From Candidatus Thorarchaeota archaeon (lineage in GTDB: Archaea > Asgardarchaeota > Thorarchaeia > Thorarchaeales > Thorarchaeaceae): 64,000 bases of DNA. The stretch is taken from assembly GCA_038893995.1 (NCBI GenBank), contig JAWAQK010000005.1, forward strand, positions 1-64,000. Reading direction: 5' to 3'. Below are positions 49,925 to 60,542 of this stretch, piece by piece (within the stretch, counting starts at the first letter, position 1; the number at the start of each line of letters is the position of its first letter). The position numbers and the translations under genes are program-made. Below the pieces are notes generated by a model. That model saw only the letters and a program-made list of their open reading frames with translations. It was not told where the DNA came from and made no database searches.

Positions 49925-51154
49925 TCACAGGCCGTGCAGTGGAAACACAGTTTCCTTGATCTTGTCAATAGTTTCACTGACTGCGCGACGGATGCTGGGC
50001 TCATTATCACAACTGACCCTGTATGGTCTGTCTGTCCACCCCTCTGCGTAGACTATGACTTTGGAATCGTTACAACGTTCTACCCATCTCGGTGGCAACT
50101 CGGTCGGAAGACGAACTCCTATCAAGTCCGAGAGAATCATAGTCCATATGCGTGCTGCAATCGCCGGATTGTAGCCCCCTCCTCCGACCACAACAAGCCC
50201 GCTGTTCATCTTGCTGACGAGTCTGCGCACGGTTTCAGACATGCGCGCATAGGTGTCGTTTGTCAACATGAGATCTGCCAAAGGATCATACATGTGACAG
50301 TCAGCGCCAATCTCCCAGAATACAAGGTCCGGGGCGTAGACACGCCAGATTGGCACAACCACCTCCTCGAAGGCTCTCCAGAACTCGTAGTCGTCTGTGA
50401 GTGGGGGAAGTGGTATGTTGATCGAGTATCCCTTGCCTGGACCTGTCCCGATCTCCTCAACTCTGCCGGAGCCCGGAAAGAATCCGATGCTCAACTCGTG
50501 CATGGAGATGGTCAATACATTTGGGTCTGAGTAGAATGCTCTTTGAGTGCCATCCCCATGATGCGCGTCCGTATCGAGATACAACACTCTCTTTCCCGGA
50601 TACTCCTTCCTGTATCTCTTCAGGGCTACCACACAGTCGTTGTAGTAGCAGAAGCCTGCCGCCTTGCTCTCGGTCGCGTGATGAAACCCACCAAAGAAAG
50701 AGACCGCATTCTTGAACTTGCCCTCTGCCACCCCCATTGTGGCATCCACAGTTGCGCCTACCGGATATCTGGCGTAGGTGTCCACATTCGGGAATATTGG
50801 GCACTCCTCCGAGTCAAGCCCGAATCTCACCGCATAGGCACTTCCCATGTTGCTGAATAGCTCCACAGTTTCCACATATGATGGGTCATGGTAGATCAGC
50901 AACTCCTCCCGTGTGGCTTCCCGCATCGGAACCAGCATCAAATGCTCCGATTCAGTCAGTCCCGTTTCAACTGCCAAGCCCCAGACAATCTCAAACCTGG
51001 CCCTGTTCCAGTACGGATTCTCGGTGCCCCTCATTCTCCTGATGTCATCGAGTCCGTCAAGCGCCAACATCATGTCAGGACTGAAGAGGACAGTTTCGGC
51101 ATCCATGATACGGTACTTCCTGAATCTTGGTCCTAGTCGGCATCTTTCTCCCAA
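49925..51154 (-). CDS. Zn-dependent deacetylase (HDAC/AcuC family)
   Basis: GGFHHA, GFCYYND, DAHHGDG, GGGGY. Confidence 0.92.
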   Translation of the reverse strand: MGERCRLGPRFRKYRIMDAETVLFSPDMMLALDGLDDIRRMRGTENPYWNRARFEIVWGLAVETGLTESEHLMLVPMREATREELLIYHDPSYVETVELFSNMGSAYAVRFGLDSEECPIFPNVDTYARYPVGATVDATMGVAEGKFKNAVSFFGGFHHATESKAAGFCYYNDCVVALKRYRKEYPGKRVLYLDTDAHHGDGTQRAFYSDPNVLTISMHELSIGFFPGSGRVEEIGTGPGKGYSINIPLPPLTDDYEFWRAFEEVVVPIWRVYAPDLVFWEIGADCHMYDPLADLMLTNDTYARMSETVRRLVSKMNSGLVVVGGGGYNPAIAARIWTMILSDLIGVRLPTELPPRWVERCNDSKVIVYAEGWTDRPYRVSCDNEPSIRRAVSETIDKIKETVFPLHGL

Positions 51155-51218
51155 TTAACCCTGATGATATGTAGGCGACGTCATCAACAGTCCATCCGAA
51201 ACACTCATTATTCGACTG

Positions 51219-52262
51219 ATGGCGGCGTTTCCTGTGATTTCCCCGTTTGAATTGCTCAGACAGGTTCTCTCTGGAGATCTGGGGGAACGACTGCCCATCT
51301 CGTTATGGAAGCACCATCCATACGCTGATCGCGACCCGGTGAGCCTGGCGGAAGCAGAAACGTCGTTTCATCGGGAGTTTGACCACGATCTGATGAAGAT
51401 CACATTTCATGGCAGGTACCCAGTGGTCGACTGGGGGTGTGTTGCTGTCTATGACGGACGGATATCCGGCTCAACTACTTGCGAATCATGTTCGGTCAAT
51501 TCAGTCAGTGACTGGGAAACACTCGAACCCGTCGATGTGAACTCGGGAGAGTTTGGGAAGCAACTTCGGGCTGTTGAACTCATCAGCAGGTATGCTCACA
51601 ATCGTGTTCCCACGGCTGCAACGGTGTTCGACCCCGCGATGGTGGCAGACAAGCTGTGCTGTAACAGGCTGCTCGACTATGCTTCCGAAGCACCCGAACG
51701 CCTGAAGATCGCGCTACAGATGATAACGGGGGTAATGGTCGAGTTTGGACGAGCATGTCTCGAGATAGGCTGTGATGGACTATTCATAGCCTCTCAGCAT
51801 TCTACCAGCTCAGTGAGTGATGCGTTCTTCCGAGAGTTTGTCCTTCCCTATCTGTCTGAACTTATTTCCAAACTTCGGTCTAGGACAAGAATGCTGTTAG
51901 TTCATCTCCACAGCGTGGGCCCCAGTGATGAGGTCCGACTTGCAGAGGTATCACGAATATTTGGTATTGATGCCCTCAACTGGGACGCGCAGGGCTCGGG
52001 CCCCGGGCTTAAGGAGGGGAAACGGATCAGCAGGAGAAGTGTGATGGGTGGCATTGATCAAGATGGCTTGTTGAGGACTGGCACGCATGACCAAGTTGCC
52101 TCAGGGGTGATCAGCGCCATCAGAAACGCCGGGCTCAGGTCGCTGGTAGTGGCCCCTGGCTGTGTCATTCCAATTGACGTACCATCTGAGAACATCCACT
52201 CAGCGCTGAGTATTGTCCGATCTATTGATCCATACTCGAAGGAGTGGTCTCCATTCGAGTGA
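51219..52262 (+). CDS. Uroporphyrinogen decarboxylase / MtaA-like TIM barrel
   Basis: PISLWKH, LHS, GGIDQ, VAPGCVIP...ENI. Confidence 0.8.
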   Translation: MAAFPVISPFELLRQVLSGDLGERLPISLWKHHPYADRDPVSLAEAETSFHREFDHDLMKITFHGRYPVVDWGCVAVYDGRISGSTTCESCSVNSVSDWETLEPVDVNSGEFGKQLRAVELISRYAHNRVPTAATVFDPAMVADKLCCNRLLDYASEAPERLKIALQMITGVMVEFGRACLEIGCDGLFIASQHSTSSVSDAFFREFVLPYLSELISKLRSRTRMLLVHLHSVGPSDEVRLAEVSRIFGIDALNWDAQGSGPGLKEGKRISRRSVMGGIDQDGLLRTGTHDQVASGVISAIRNAGLRSLVVAPGCVIPIDVPSENIHSALSIVRSIDPYSKEWSPFE

Positions 52263-52383
52263 TAATCAGCAATGCAATCAGCGAGCGGTCTCTCACCGTT
52301 CACCTGGTAATTGAGAAAACGATCACTGAACACGAACATAATGTCTTGGCGGACAGGTCTGCAATCCCCTGGACCAGCGGAGG

Positions 52384-52483
52384 TGCCGAGGGAGGGATTC
52401 GAACCCCCGAACTCCTTCGAGAGTGGATGTCTCTCCTCTAAGATCTTGAGTCCACCGCCGTTGACCAGCTTGGCTACCTCGGC
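52384..52483 (-). tRNA. tRNA-Leu(CAA) with 16-nt canonical intron 52429-52444
   Basis: GCCGAGG/CCTCGGC acceptor; GTGGA-CTCAAG^...^A-TCCAC; long variable arm. Confidence 0.95.
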
Positions 52484-52555
52484 ACCTTGTGCTCTGTCGT
52501 CCTCCAGTGGTTTATAGGAATTTCGTAGCGCGTGATGAACCAGACGTAATAGTCC

Positions 52556-55500
52556 CTATGTGTCCTCCTGTCGCAGGAGCCTGGCCTTCGACTGGAATAT
52601 GGGGCCGATAGTACCCATTATGAACCTGACGAACCCCTCGTCCTCTGTCACAACCCCTACGATCTCCTCCTTCTTTGCTGAAGCTGGGGCCAGCAGCATC
52701 TCCTCGCTGTCCCGGATACAGGCATATACGTCTCGTTCAGGTCTTGTTCGAATTCTGACGTTTCCCTTCCCGATCAGTGCCTTTGCCTTCTCCATGATCC
52801 TCGGATCTTCTGAAACTACAATTTCGATGCCGATTGCGCTCTTACTCCTAGCTATCATGTCTTCAGGCACCTCATCATAGCTGGGAAGGACCAAAGTCAC
52901 TTTGGACTTGGCTCTCTGAACCATATCCTGAATGTGTGATAGGACTGCCTTGTGGGTCACAACAGTCCATGTCTTCTTCGCACCAGGATATCCTGAATTG
53001 ACAAGCCTGTCCCACCCCACACGGAGGATCTTGGCAACCTCAGTGCCTTCTCCTTTTACTGAGACTGAACTTGGGAACGCTCTCTCGAAGAACGCATTCG
53101 TGTTCCCAACAAGATCGCTCTTCATCGCCCCCTGTGTCAGCCCGTTGATCTCACTGACAAGGGAGTCTGAAAGGGAACCAAGTTCGTTGCACAGTGAATC
53201 GACAAGAGTTTCCACGTCCTTTCTGAAGGATATTGTTTCACTCTGTAACGACTTCAATGATGATGATACTGTTTCCACAGATTTGCTCTTGAATTCCTCA
53301 GCAGTCTCTGTCAGTGTCTGGAGTAGCTGCTCACCTGACTTGTCTGTGGCAACCTTTGAAGCGTCTAGATGTGTCGTGATCTCGGACTCCGACTCCACTA
53401 CAAGCGTGTTGAGCTTCTCATTGATGCCGTTGACCTCGGTGTTGACATATTCCATGAGATCGTCGGTCACACGTTTCAAATTGGACTCAAGATCACTCAC
53501 TGTGGACAAGAGTCCATCTCCCAGCACACGAAACTCTGTTGTGAGCCGTGAGTCAATGGTCTTGCATTGCTCCGACAATGTATTGGCCGTCGCATCCACC
53601 GTCTGTGTTATTTCCTGTGTGATTGTTTCAAGTTGTCTTGAAATCTCTGAACTGGCTTCCTCGAACATCTCAGCTATTCCGCTAATGACCTCGTCTGACT
53701 CATGACCGAGTGTTTCCCTGCGCCTCTCAAGAGCCTCCTCAAGTTCCGCAAGCGTCGTTTCAAACTTGTGCTCTGTTGCCTCGATTGCACTGTCAGCCTG
53801 ACTACTCACAGAGCTGCGCAAGCCACTCGCAAGTGTCCTCATCTCTGTTTCAATACGTTGCCCCACCGCTTCAGCCGCATTCCCGTGCTTGGTAACGATC
53901 TCGTTGAGACTATTCCTCTGGATCTTCAGCAGTTCCTCGGTGTCAGATAACACTTGAGCAAAGGACTTCTCAGTGTGCTCATTCAGTTCCGCCATCATGT
54001 TATCCATCTGTGTTCGAGCTTGTTGCTCTGCGTTGTCTGCCTCTACTAGTATGTGCTGCAGCTCCTTTCTGACAGCTTCCAGTAATTGGTTCAATATCTC
54101 TTCGTGTGACCTCAGACGCTCGGTAACAGTCCCCTGGACATCAGCCTGGATTTTCTCATGTATCGAGTGACTGTTCATGATCTGCTTCTTTGTCAGATCA
54201 ATAATCTTGTTGCTCTGCTGGGTAAGTCTACTGTTCGATTCTTTCACTGCACTATCGGCAATTTGCTGTATCTCCGCAGATGCATCTTGGACAATCCCCG
54301 TCATTTGCTGCTGTAGCTTCTGTGCCATCCTGTTTAGACTCTCTATGGTCCTCTCTGCGACCGCCTTGATACTTGATTCGGTGGCCTTCAAAGTGGCGCT
54401 CAGTTCCTCTGTGATGGAGGACATGGCAGTCTGAAGAAGGGTCTCCTCTGCCTTTAGTGCCTCCTGGTTTCGTAATACCAATGATTGACCTATTCCATTC
54501 AACGAGTCTCTGAACTCGGTCCTGGCATGTCCCACTATCATCGAGGTCTCCTGATCAATATCTTTCACTGCCGCCGATGTCGCAGCTGACAGTGTTTGAA
54601 TTGAACCAAGTCCTATTGTTCTTGATCTGTCTCTGGCATCGGTTACACTGTGCTTCAATGCGCCAAGGAGGTCCGTGATGTCTTTACTGATGGAGGACAG
54701 TGATGCCTCGGCCGTTTCCTGAAACTGTTTCAAATCTGATGAGACTGAGTCTTGATGATCCCTGAGGACCAGACCGACCTTGTCAATGAACAAGTCAGTT
54801 TCCGATGCGACATGCTGCTTCTGAGCATCTGCTCGTTCTCTCTCGGATGCAATCAGCTCCTGAACAGTTGTCGCAAGGGCCCCGTGTACATCATTCAACA
54901 GTCTTTGTGCCTGGTCGACCTGCTTCTTCACCAGCTCGACAATCTGCTTCCGCTCAACCCCCATCTTCTCTGAAAACGACTTCGACTCTGAATCAATCAC
55001 CTGAGCACCCTGTGCAGCAACAAGACTCATTGCCTGCCTTGATTGTTCAGCGGCCACCCCCAGAATGGACCTTTCCTCTTCAAGCACCTTGTCGATTGAC
55101 TTGGTGAATGTTCCGCGGCTCGATGCCAGACTGGATGTCGTCGACCTACCAAGGCCTTCGATACTGGACACTATTCCCTTTCGTGTGTTGTCGATCGTGG
55201 TTGTGGTTTCTGACGACCATCTTTTCATTCGCGTGATCAGAGAGGTTCCAGCAGACGAAACATTGTTCTTGACTTGGTCAGTCAGAGGTGCAATCGTATT
55301 GCCAGCTTTGTCTTTCCATTCGGTGAATGCATTCTGAAGAGATGCCTTGCAGGACTCGAGAGCCACATCCATCTTTCTTGTTGAGGAATCAGCAATCTTG
55401 GAGAGTCGCTCCGAGGAGTTGCTCCTCAGTTTCGCGATGGAGTCCTTCTTATCAGTCAGCGTTCGAACAGTAGACTCTGTCAAATCACTGAGTTGGTTCT

Positions 55501-55822
55501 TGATGTTCTTCACAAGTGTTTCTACAGCTTGCTTTGTTTCTTCGCGTAGCTGCTCGACCCTTTCCCCAACAGTTTCAGCCTCTCTTGCCAGGCTCTCAAA
55601 TGGCAACACAGCCTGATATCGTGGTGTTACACCCCCAATCTCAACTAACATCCCACCATTCTTCAGCTTGAGCACTACTTTCTCAATCGTCTCTAGCGGT
55701 AGACCTGTGATTAGAGAGAGATCGCCCGTAGTCACATTTCCGGTGGCCATGGCCAGTGTGTACACTCTGGCTTCGTCTTCGTTCAACCCTGAGATTCCCG
55801 ATATCAGATCCTTTCCTGACAT
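52556..55822 (-). CDS. TrmB-like wHTH, ~870-aa hendecad helical region and TrmB-type C-terminal domain
   Basis: GLNEDEARVY...GVTPRYQAV; long amphipathic region; WTV...IQDMVQRAKSKV...RDSEEMLLA. Confidence 0.85.
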   Translation of the reverse strand: MSGKDLISGISGLNEDEARVYTLAMATGNVTTGDLSLITGLPLETIEKVVLKLKNGGMLVEIGGVTPRYQAVLPFESLAREAETVGERVEQLREETKQAVETLVKNIKNQLSDLTESTVRTLTDKKDSIAKLRSNSSERLSKIADSSTRKMDVALESCKASLQNAFTEWKDKAGNTIAPLTDQVKNNVSSAGTSLITRMKRWSSETTTTIDNTRKGIVSSIEGLGRSTTSSLASSRGTFTKSIDKVLEEERSILGVAAEQSRQAMSLVAAQGAQVIDSESKSFSEKMGVERKQIVELVKKQVDQAQRLLNDVHGALATTVQELIASERERADAQKQHVASETDLFIDKVGLVLRDHQDSVSSDLKQFQETAEASLSSISKDITDLLGALKHSVTDARDRSRTIGLGSIQTLSAATSAAVKDIDQETSMIVGHARTEFRDSLNGIGQSLVLRNQEALKAEETLLQTAMSSITEELSATLKATESSIKAVAERTIESLNRMAQKLQQQMTGIVQDASAEIQQIADSAVKESNSRLTQQSNKIIDLTKKQIMNSHSIHEKIQADVQGTVTERLRSHEEILNQLLEAVRKELQHILVEADNAEQQARTQMDNMMAELNEHTEKSFAQVLSDTEELLKIQRNSLNEIVTKHGNAAEAVGQRIETEMRTLASGLRSSVSSQADSAIEATEHKFETTLAELEEALERRRETLGHESDEVISGIAEMFEEASSEISRQLETITQEITQTVDATANTLSEQCKTIDSRLTTEFRVLGDGLLSTVSDLESNLKRVTDDLMEYVNTEVNGINEKLNTLVVESESEITTHLDASKVATDKSGEQLLQTLTETAEEFKSKSVETVSSSLKSLQSETISFRKDVETLVDSLCNELGSLSDSLVSEINGLTQGAMKSDLVGNTNAFFERAFPSSVSVKGEGTEVAKILRVGWDRLVNSGYPGAKKTWTVVTHKAVLSHIQDMVQRAKSKVTLVLPSYDEVPEDMIARSKSAIGIEIVVSEDPRIMEKAKALIGKGNVRIRTRPERDVYACIRDSEEMLLAPASAKKEEIVGVVTEDEGFVRFIMGTIGPIFQSKARLLRQEDT

Positions 55823-55887
55823 TTCTCTTCAGTCCCGAGGGACATCAGTAACTTTTCGACCACTTAATCCTTTCAGATGATTGGTCA

Positions 55888-56217
55888 CTAAGACACGAGT
55901 TCCTCTAGAAGAGGTTTGATCTTCTTGTAGAATTCCGCGATCAGGATGTTTCTGGGATTATCAGAGTCCAGAATGAAGAGCCTGATCTGTTGTCCAACTC
56001 TTATCTCCTTAACAAACTTCATGTCTATCAGTGGTTGCATCACCCTATGGACTGTAGAGTGTGCCAGCCCGGTTTCCCTTGCAGCTCTACCAAGATTGAG
56101 GAACTCCTTGGGGCGATCCAGAAAAAGCTGAACTATCCTTGTCTGCGCTCTTGATGCAAATACCGTTTCTAATAGTCGTTTCTCCTTTGGTACCCCTCTC
56201 TTGGCCCTAGCTCCCAC
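55888..56217 (-). CDS. Small winged-helix DNA-binding protein
   Basis: VFASRAQTRIVQLF...ARETGLAHSTV...DNP; GTG start overlaps the pyrH end. Confidence 0.8.
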   Translation of the reverse strand: MGARAKRGVPKEKRLLETVFASRAQTRIVQLFLDRPKEFLNLGRAARETGLAHSTVHRVMQPLIDMKFVKEIRVGQQIRLFILDSDNPRNILIAEFYKKIKPLLEELVS

Positions 56218-56899
56218 CGGTGACCACGCTCCCGACTGACTCGCCCGCAAGAGCTCTCCTAAGGTTCTCGATTACCGTGCCGTTGAATATGACCGTTCTT
56301 ATTCTCGACCTAGCAATTATCCGTATGGCGACTGGATCGAAGAGTTCATACTCCCCTGCTCTGACTCCCGTGTGAGTGAGAATACTGTTGAGTTCCTCAA
56401 CACTAAGCGTGTGAAGGATCTTCGCACCAGGTTCTCTCGGATTCCTGTCGAATACACCATCTACATTTGTTGCGTTGAGCAGTTTCTCAGCCCCCATGAC
56501 CTCTGCAGTAAGTGCCGCCACTGCGTTTGTCGACTGACCAGGTGTGAGGCCCCCCATGACGACTATCCTATCAGAACACAGTGCTCTCTCGAATTCCTCG
56601 AGGGTCTCGGGAACCGATGGATATGCAGACTCTCCCAGTGCCACTATCATCAGTTCTGCATTGTGACGCGCCATCTTGATCCCGAGCCAATCGCATTGAG
56701 ACTCATTTGCTCCAAGCTCTCGTGCAGCAGTGACGAACTCCCTTGCTGCCTTGCCGCCACCGACCACAAGTGCAATCCTGTTTCCCTTCAGAAAGAAGTC
56801 TCTGACCACTGATGCATATTCTCTGATTGTGTTGGTCTTTAGCCGACCGTCGTCACCATACAGAAGGGATCCTCCGATCTTCAGGACAACTCGCATCAT
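56207..56899 (-). CDS. pyrH: Uridylate kinase
   Basis: KIGGS, VVGGG..AR, D.LGI, PGQSTNAVA, TNVDGV. Confidence 0.95.
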   Translation of the reverse strand: MMRVVLKIGGSLLYGDDGRLKTNTIREYASVVRDFFLKGNRIALVVGGGKAAREFVTAARELGANESQCDWLGIKMARHNAELMIVALGESAYPSVPETLEEFERALCSDRIVVMGGLTPGQSTNAVAALTAEVMGAEKLLNATNVDGVFDRNPREPGAKILHTLSVEELNSILTHTGVRAGEYELFDPVAIRIIARSRIRTVIFNGTVIENLRRALAGESVGSVVTGGS

Positions 56900-57411
56900 A
56901 TGACCTCAACTTAAGGGGCTTTGAAAGGGTCACCTCACTGAACTAAAGAACCTTTCTTGAATGCACAGACCCGTCGCTTTATCGATGGGTCCCAACGAGC
57001 GTGCCTAGACATGATCCTACATTTGGTAGTCTAAAATGAAACCTGAACCAAACCCCTCGAGACTCCGTGAGTCCGGTTCTCAATCCACAACCTCCTGCCA
57101 TTCAATTGTACCAAGTTCGTCATCAACAGGATTCTTGTCTTGGGCACCTTGTGATTGTCCCGACTGCAGACGTCACTCGAGAACACCTCCGCAATGAATC
57201 CATCGACACTCATGACAATGATGTACTCAGAATCAGTTACGTGCCTTGATCATGAATGCATGAGATCAAGTTGCCTGACGACCCATCATGCTGTCAGGTC
57301 CCTCTCATGGTCAGCGGTCGCCGCCCAAACCCTTTTAGGAACTACGAATAGGATGAATGACTCGCCCTCCAATGGCACCCTTCCCATCAGTTGTCAAGAG
57401 GGATACTTACA

Positions 57412-59874
57412 GTGGTATCAAAGACCTTTGCTCCTGCATTGACTTCAACTCGTTGGACGGCGCAGTCCGAAGAAGCATTGATTGATACATGGTCCAACGA
57501 GAAGACGTATGCCTTCAATCCACATTCGAGGAAGACCATATACTCCGTAGACACACCCCCTCCGTATCTGTCGGGTCACGTCCATCTTGGTCAGTTGATC
57601 CACTACACTCAGATTGACATGATTGCTCGTTATCGCAGGATGCAAGGTTTTGAGGTCAACTTCCCACTGGGACTGGACAGAAACGGGCTACCTGTTGAAC
57701 TGAGGGTGGAGAAGGAACACGGAATCAGTATGCACAGTACTCCTCGTGATGAGTTTGTGAGGCGATGCAAGGAGGAACTCGATCACTACGAGAAGGAAGT
57801 CATCCAGGCCTTTAAGAGAGCTGGATTGAGCTTCAACACATACGACGAGGACGGAATCTACAGGACTGACAGTCCCGACTATCGAGCAGTAACACAGGCC
57901 ACCTTTATCGACCTATGGAGGCGTGGCCTGATATACTCAGACTACCGTCCCAATAACTGGTGCTTCGAATGCGGCACGACCATTGCAGATGCTGAGGTCG
58001 AGTACTCCGAGCGAACTGCAACCCTGAACTATCTCTATTTCGAGGTGCCCGGTGCTGAGCCCCTGAAGATAGCGACTACTCGACCGGAGTTGCTGTGTGC
58101 ATGTGGGGCTGTGTTTGTTCATCCTGAAGACGAAAGATATCGAAACTACGTCGGAAAGAAGGCCATTGTTCCTCTCTTCGGACTCGAGGTGCCAATTATC
58201 GAGAGTCGTACGGTGCTTATGGACTTTGGTACCGGCGCACTGATGGTCTGCAGCTACGGTGATATCGCAGATGTGATGGCCTTTCGCGACCATGCACTGA
58301 AGCCAATTGCAGCAGTCGGACCTGATGGTAGGATGACCAGTGCTGCTGGAAAGTACGCTGGCCTGACGACTGAGGAAGCAAGACGACAGATCATCTCCGA
58401 TCTCAAGGAGAGGGGAATCCTATACAAACAGGAACCGACTCTGCAGCGAGTACCACTGTGTTGGCGTTCCGATACCCCCATCGAGTTCATAGCCATGGAC
58501 GAGTACTACCTCAAACAGACCGAGTTCATAGAGGACTTACTGAAGATCTCAGAGGATATCACATTCTATCCTGCTCATCATCGGCAGATCTTGCTGGACT
58601 GGCTAAATAGAGTCAGTGTTGACTGGCCAGTGAGCAGGAGGCGCTTCTATGGGACCGAGATACCAATCTGGTACTGCAATAAGTGCGGTTCCCCTGTATT
58701 GCCGGACTCCAATGAGTTGAGATACTACAGGCCTTGGTGTGAGAGTCCTCCATTTGACACATGCCCGAAATGCGGTGCGCGCTCTGGTTTCAGGGGAGAA
58801 GAGCGAACATTCGACACCTGGATGGACTCGTCTATCAGTGGTCTTCAGATCATCGGGTACCTTCGTGATCCAACTCTGTTCAAGAGGGGGTTCAAGAGAG
58901 TTCTGAGACCTCAGGGAAAAGACATCGTACGCACCTGGTTGTACTACTCCCTGCTTCGAACATACCAGCTCCTGAAGGCCCCCGCATTTAGAGAAGTCTG
59001 GATCTCTGGTCACGTTGTGGATGAGAAAGGAGAGAAGATGAGTAAGTCGCGTGGAAACTCTCCGGACCCGCTACCCATAATTGAGAGGTATGGGGCGGAT
59101 GCATTGAGGCTATTTGGAGTTCTGGAGGCGGGTCTGGGGAGTGACGTACGGTTCGAAGAGGAACGGCTTGCTGGCGTTTCCAAATTCATGACAAAACTAT
59201 GGAATATTGCCAGATTCATCTCGATGTTTCCCTCCAGGATTCGGCTTGAGTTCTCTCAGCTCACACCCGTCGACAGGTGGATTCTGGCTGAAACCAACAA
59301 CCTGTTGAAGAGAATAACTCCTGATTGTGAGAGACTTGACTTTCACAGACCAGCTGTAGAGGTGCGCAGCTTCACATGGAACTTCCTTGCAGACCACATA
59401 CTCGAACTCCTGAAGGGACGTTGTCTCAATGCCGAAGAACATGGTTTCACTGAGTCTGAGCAGAAGTCCGGGTGGTACGCCCTGCACGAGAGTCTGAAAG
59501 TTGTACTGAGGTGCCTGGCTCCCATGTGCCCGTTCATAACTGACACTATCTATCGGGAGTTGTACGACAGTAGAGGCGTTCACAGAGCAAGATTTCCAAC
59601 TCCTAATGACACGTGGAAGTCTGACCTCACCGACCGTACCGAGCTTCTGCTGTCTATCAATATGGCCATCTGGAAGTACAAGAAGGATGCCGGGTTATCT
59701 CTCAGAAATGCCATCCCGGAAGTGTGGTTGCCTGTTGTGGTCGAGCCATGGGTCAGGGATCTTGCCGCAATGCATGGCATTGGCAGGGTCCAACTCGGAG
59801 AACCTGACGATCAACACTTGGTGGGCATCAGTCTTCCAAACACGGCCTACAAGATCTTCATACGACCCAGTTGA
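57412..59874 (+). CDS. valS: Valine--tRNA ligase
   Basis: DTPPPY, HLGQ, TTRPE, SRRRFYG, DTWMDSS, KMSKS. Confidence 0.95.
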   Translation: MVSKTFAPALTSTRWTAQSEEALIDTWSNEKTYAFNPHSRKTIYSVDTPPPYLSGHVHLGQLIHYTQIDMIARYRRMQGFEVNFPLGLDRNGLPVELRVEKEHGISMHSTPRDEFVRRCKEELDHYEKEVIQAFKRAGLSFNTYDEDGIYRTDSPDYRAVTQATFIDLWRRGLIYSDYRPNNWCFECGTTIADAEVEYSERTATLNYLYFEVPGAEPLKIATTRPELLCACGAVFVHPEDERYRNYVGKKAIVPLFGLEVPIIESRTVLMDFGTGALMVCSYGDIADVMAFRDHALKPIAAVGPDGRMTSAAGKYAGLTTEEARRQIISDLKERGILYKQEPTLQRVPLCWRSDTPIEFIAMDEYYLKQTEFIEDLLKISEDITFYPAHHRQILLDWLNRVSVDWPVSRRRFYGTEIPIWYCNKCGSPVLPDSNELRYYRPWCESPPFDTCPKCGARSGFRGEERTFDTWMDSSISGLQIIGYLRDPTLFKRGFKRVLRPQGKDIVRTWLYYSLLRTYQLLKAPAFREVWISGHVVDEKGEKMSKSRGNSPDPLPIIERYGADALRLFGVLEAGLGSDVRFEEERLAGVSKFMTKLWNIARFISMFPSRIRLEFSQLTPVDRWILAETNNLLKRITPDCERLDFHRPAVEVRSFTWNFLADHILELLKGRCLNAEEHGFTESEQKSGWYALHESLKVVLRCLAPMCPFITDTIYRELYDSRGVHRARFPTPNDTWKSDLTDRTELLLSINMAIWKYKKDAGLSLRNAIPEVWLPVVVEPWVRDLAAMHGIGRVQLGEPDDQHLVGISLPNTAYKIFIRPS

Positions 59875-60095
59875 TCCTTGAAAGAAACCAGGGTCCTGTA
59901 GGTCTGGTGCAGTTCCAAGCCGTTGGATAGACGTATGTGCGGACTAGACCCCCACCGCCAGCTGGGACTTGTCAGTGTCTTCAGACACCATGTCATCAAT
60001 TCTGGTGTCTTGTCATTATCTGGATCTATAGTACGGGGATATATGGTCCGATCTCAACAGAAAGTACTGACATTGATCCGCGATAGGGCCCCCAG

Positions 60096-60356
60096 ATGAT
60101 GATTGCTGAAGTTGCTCTGCTCCTGAGTATCTACATTATCTGGCTAGTCACGCTGGTCAGCGCAGTGGTGTCTGCAGACGAGGCCTCCCTGACAATCTCC
60201 ACCACACCATTCCTTCTTACTCTGCCCTTTTCCTTTCTAATATCGGCTGTGCTGAATGTCTACTTGCCCCGTATGCTAGAGATCAACCTCCTACTGACGT
60301 TGATCGTGGGAATACTCATGTCCGCGAGATGGTGCATGGCCATCGTCAGCGAGTGA
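60096..60356 (+). CDS. Small membrane protein (about 3 TM)
   Basis: 86-aa hydrophobic ORF filling the intergenic gap. Confidence 0.6.
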   Translation: MMIAEVALLLSIYIIWLVTLVSAVVSADEASLTISTTPFLLTLPFSFLISAVLNVYLPRMLEINLLLTLIVGILMSARWCMAIVSE

Positions 60357-60380
60357 GGGAGTTAACGTCGAGAATTCTGG

Positions 60381-60542
60381 TCACTCCTTCTCCTTTCTCT
60401 TGAACTCAGTGTAGTTGCACCGACCGCATGCATAACGATTAGAGTGTTCTGCCATGTATGTACCCTTCTCGCATCGGGGGCATTGCTTTCTCAGTGGTGT
60501 CACCTTGCCGCTCTTGTCAACCTTGTACAGTTTGTGGCTCAC
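60381..60542 (-). CDS. rps27ae: Ribosomal protein eS31 (S27ae), no ubiquitin fusion
   Basis: Manual translation MSHKLYKVDKSGKVTPLRKQCPRCEKGTYMAEHSNRYACGRCNYTEFKRKEKE; GTGA overlap with eS24. Confidence 0.95.
   Translation of the reverse strand: MSHKLYKVDKSGKVTPLRKQCPRCEKGTYMAEHSNRYACGRCNYTEFKRKEKE

Noticed and set aside
49936-49946. GCAGTGGAAAC ORB-like word just downstream of cdc6
   Set aside because: Lies inside the deacetylase coding end and mismatches the TCCA core; likely chance.
52556-55822. SMC/Rad50 or chemoreceptor identity for the long helical protein
   Set aside because: No Walker A/B, hinge, Zn-hook, TM segment or MCP signalling motif.
57080-57169. 29-aa acidic peptide LQSGQSQGAQDKNPVDDELGTIEWQEVVD in the pyrH-valS gap
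   Set aside because: Needs a CTG start and has no recognisable motif; cannot be supported without homologs.
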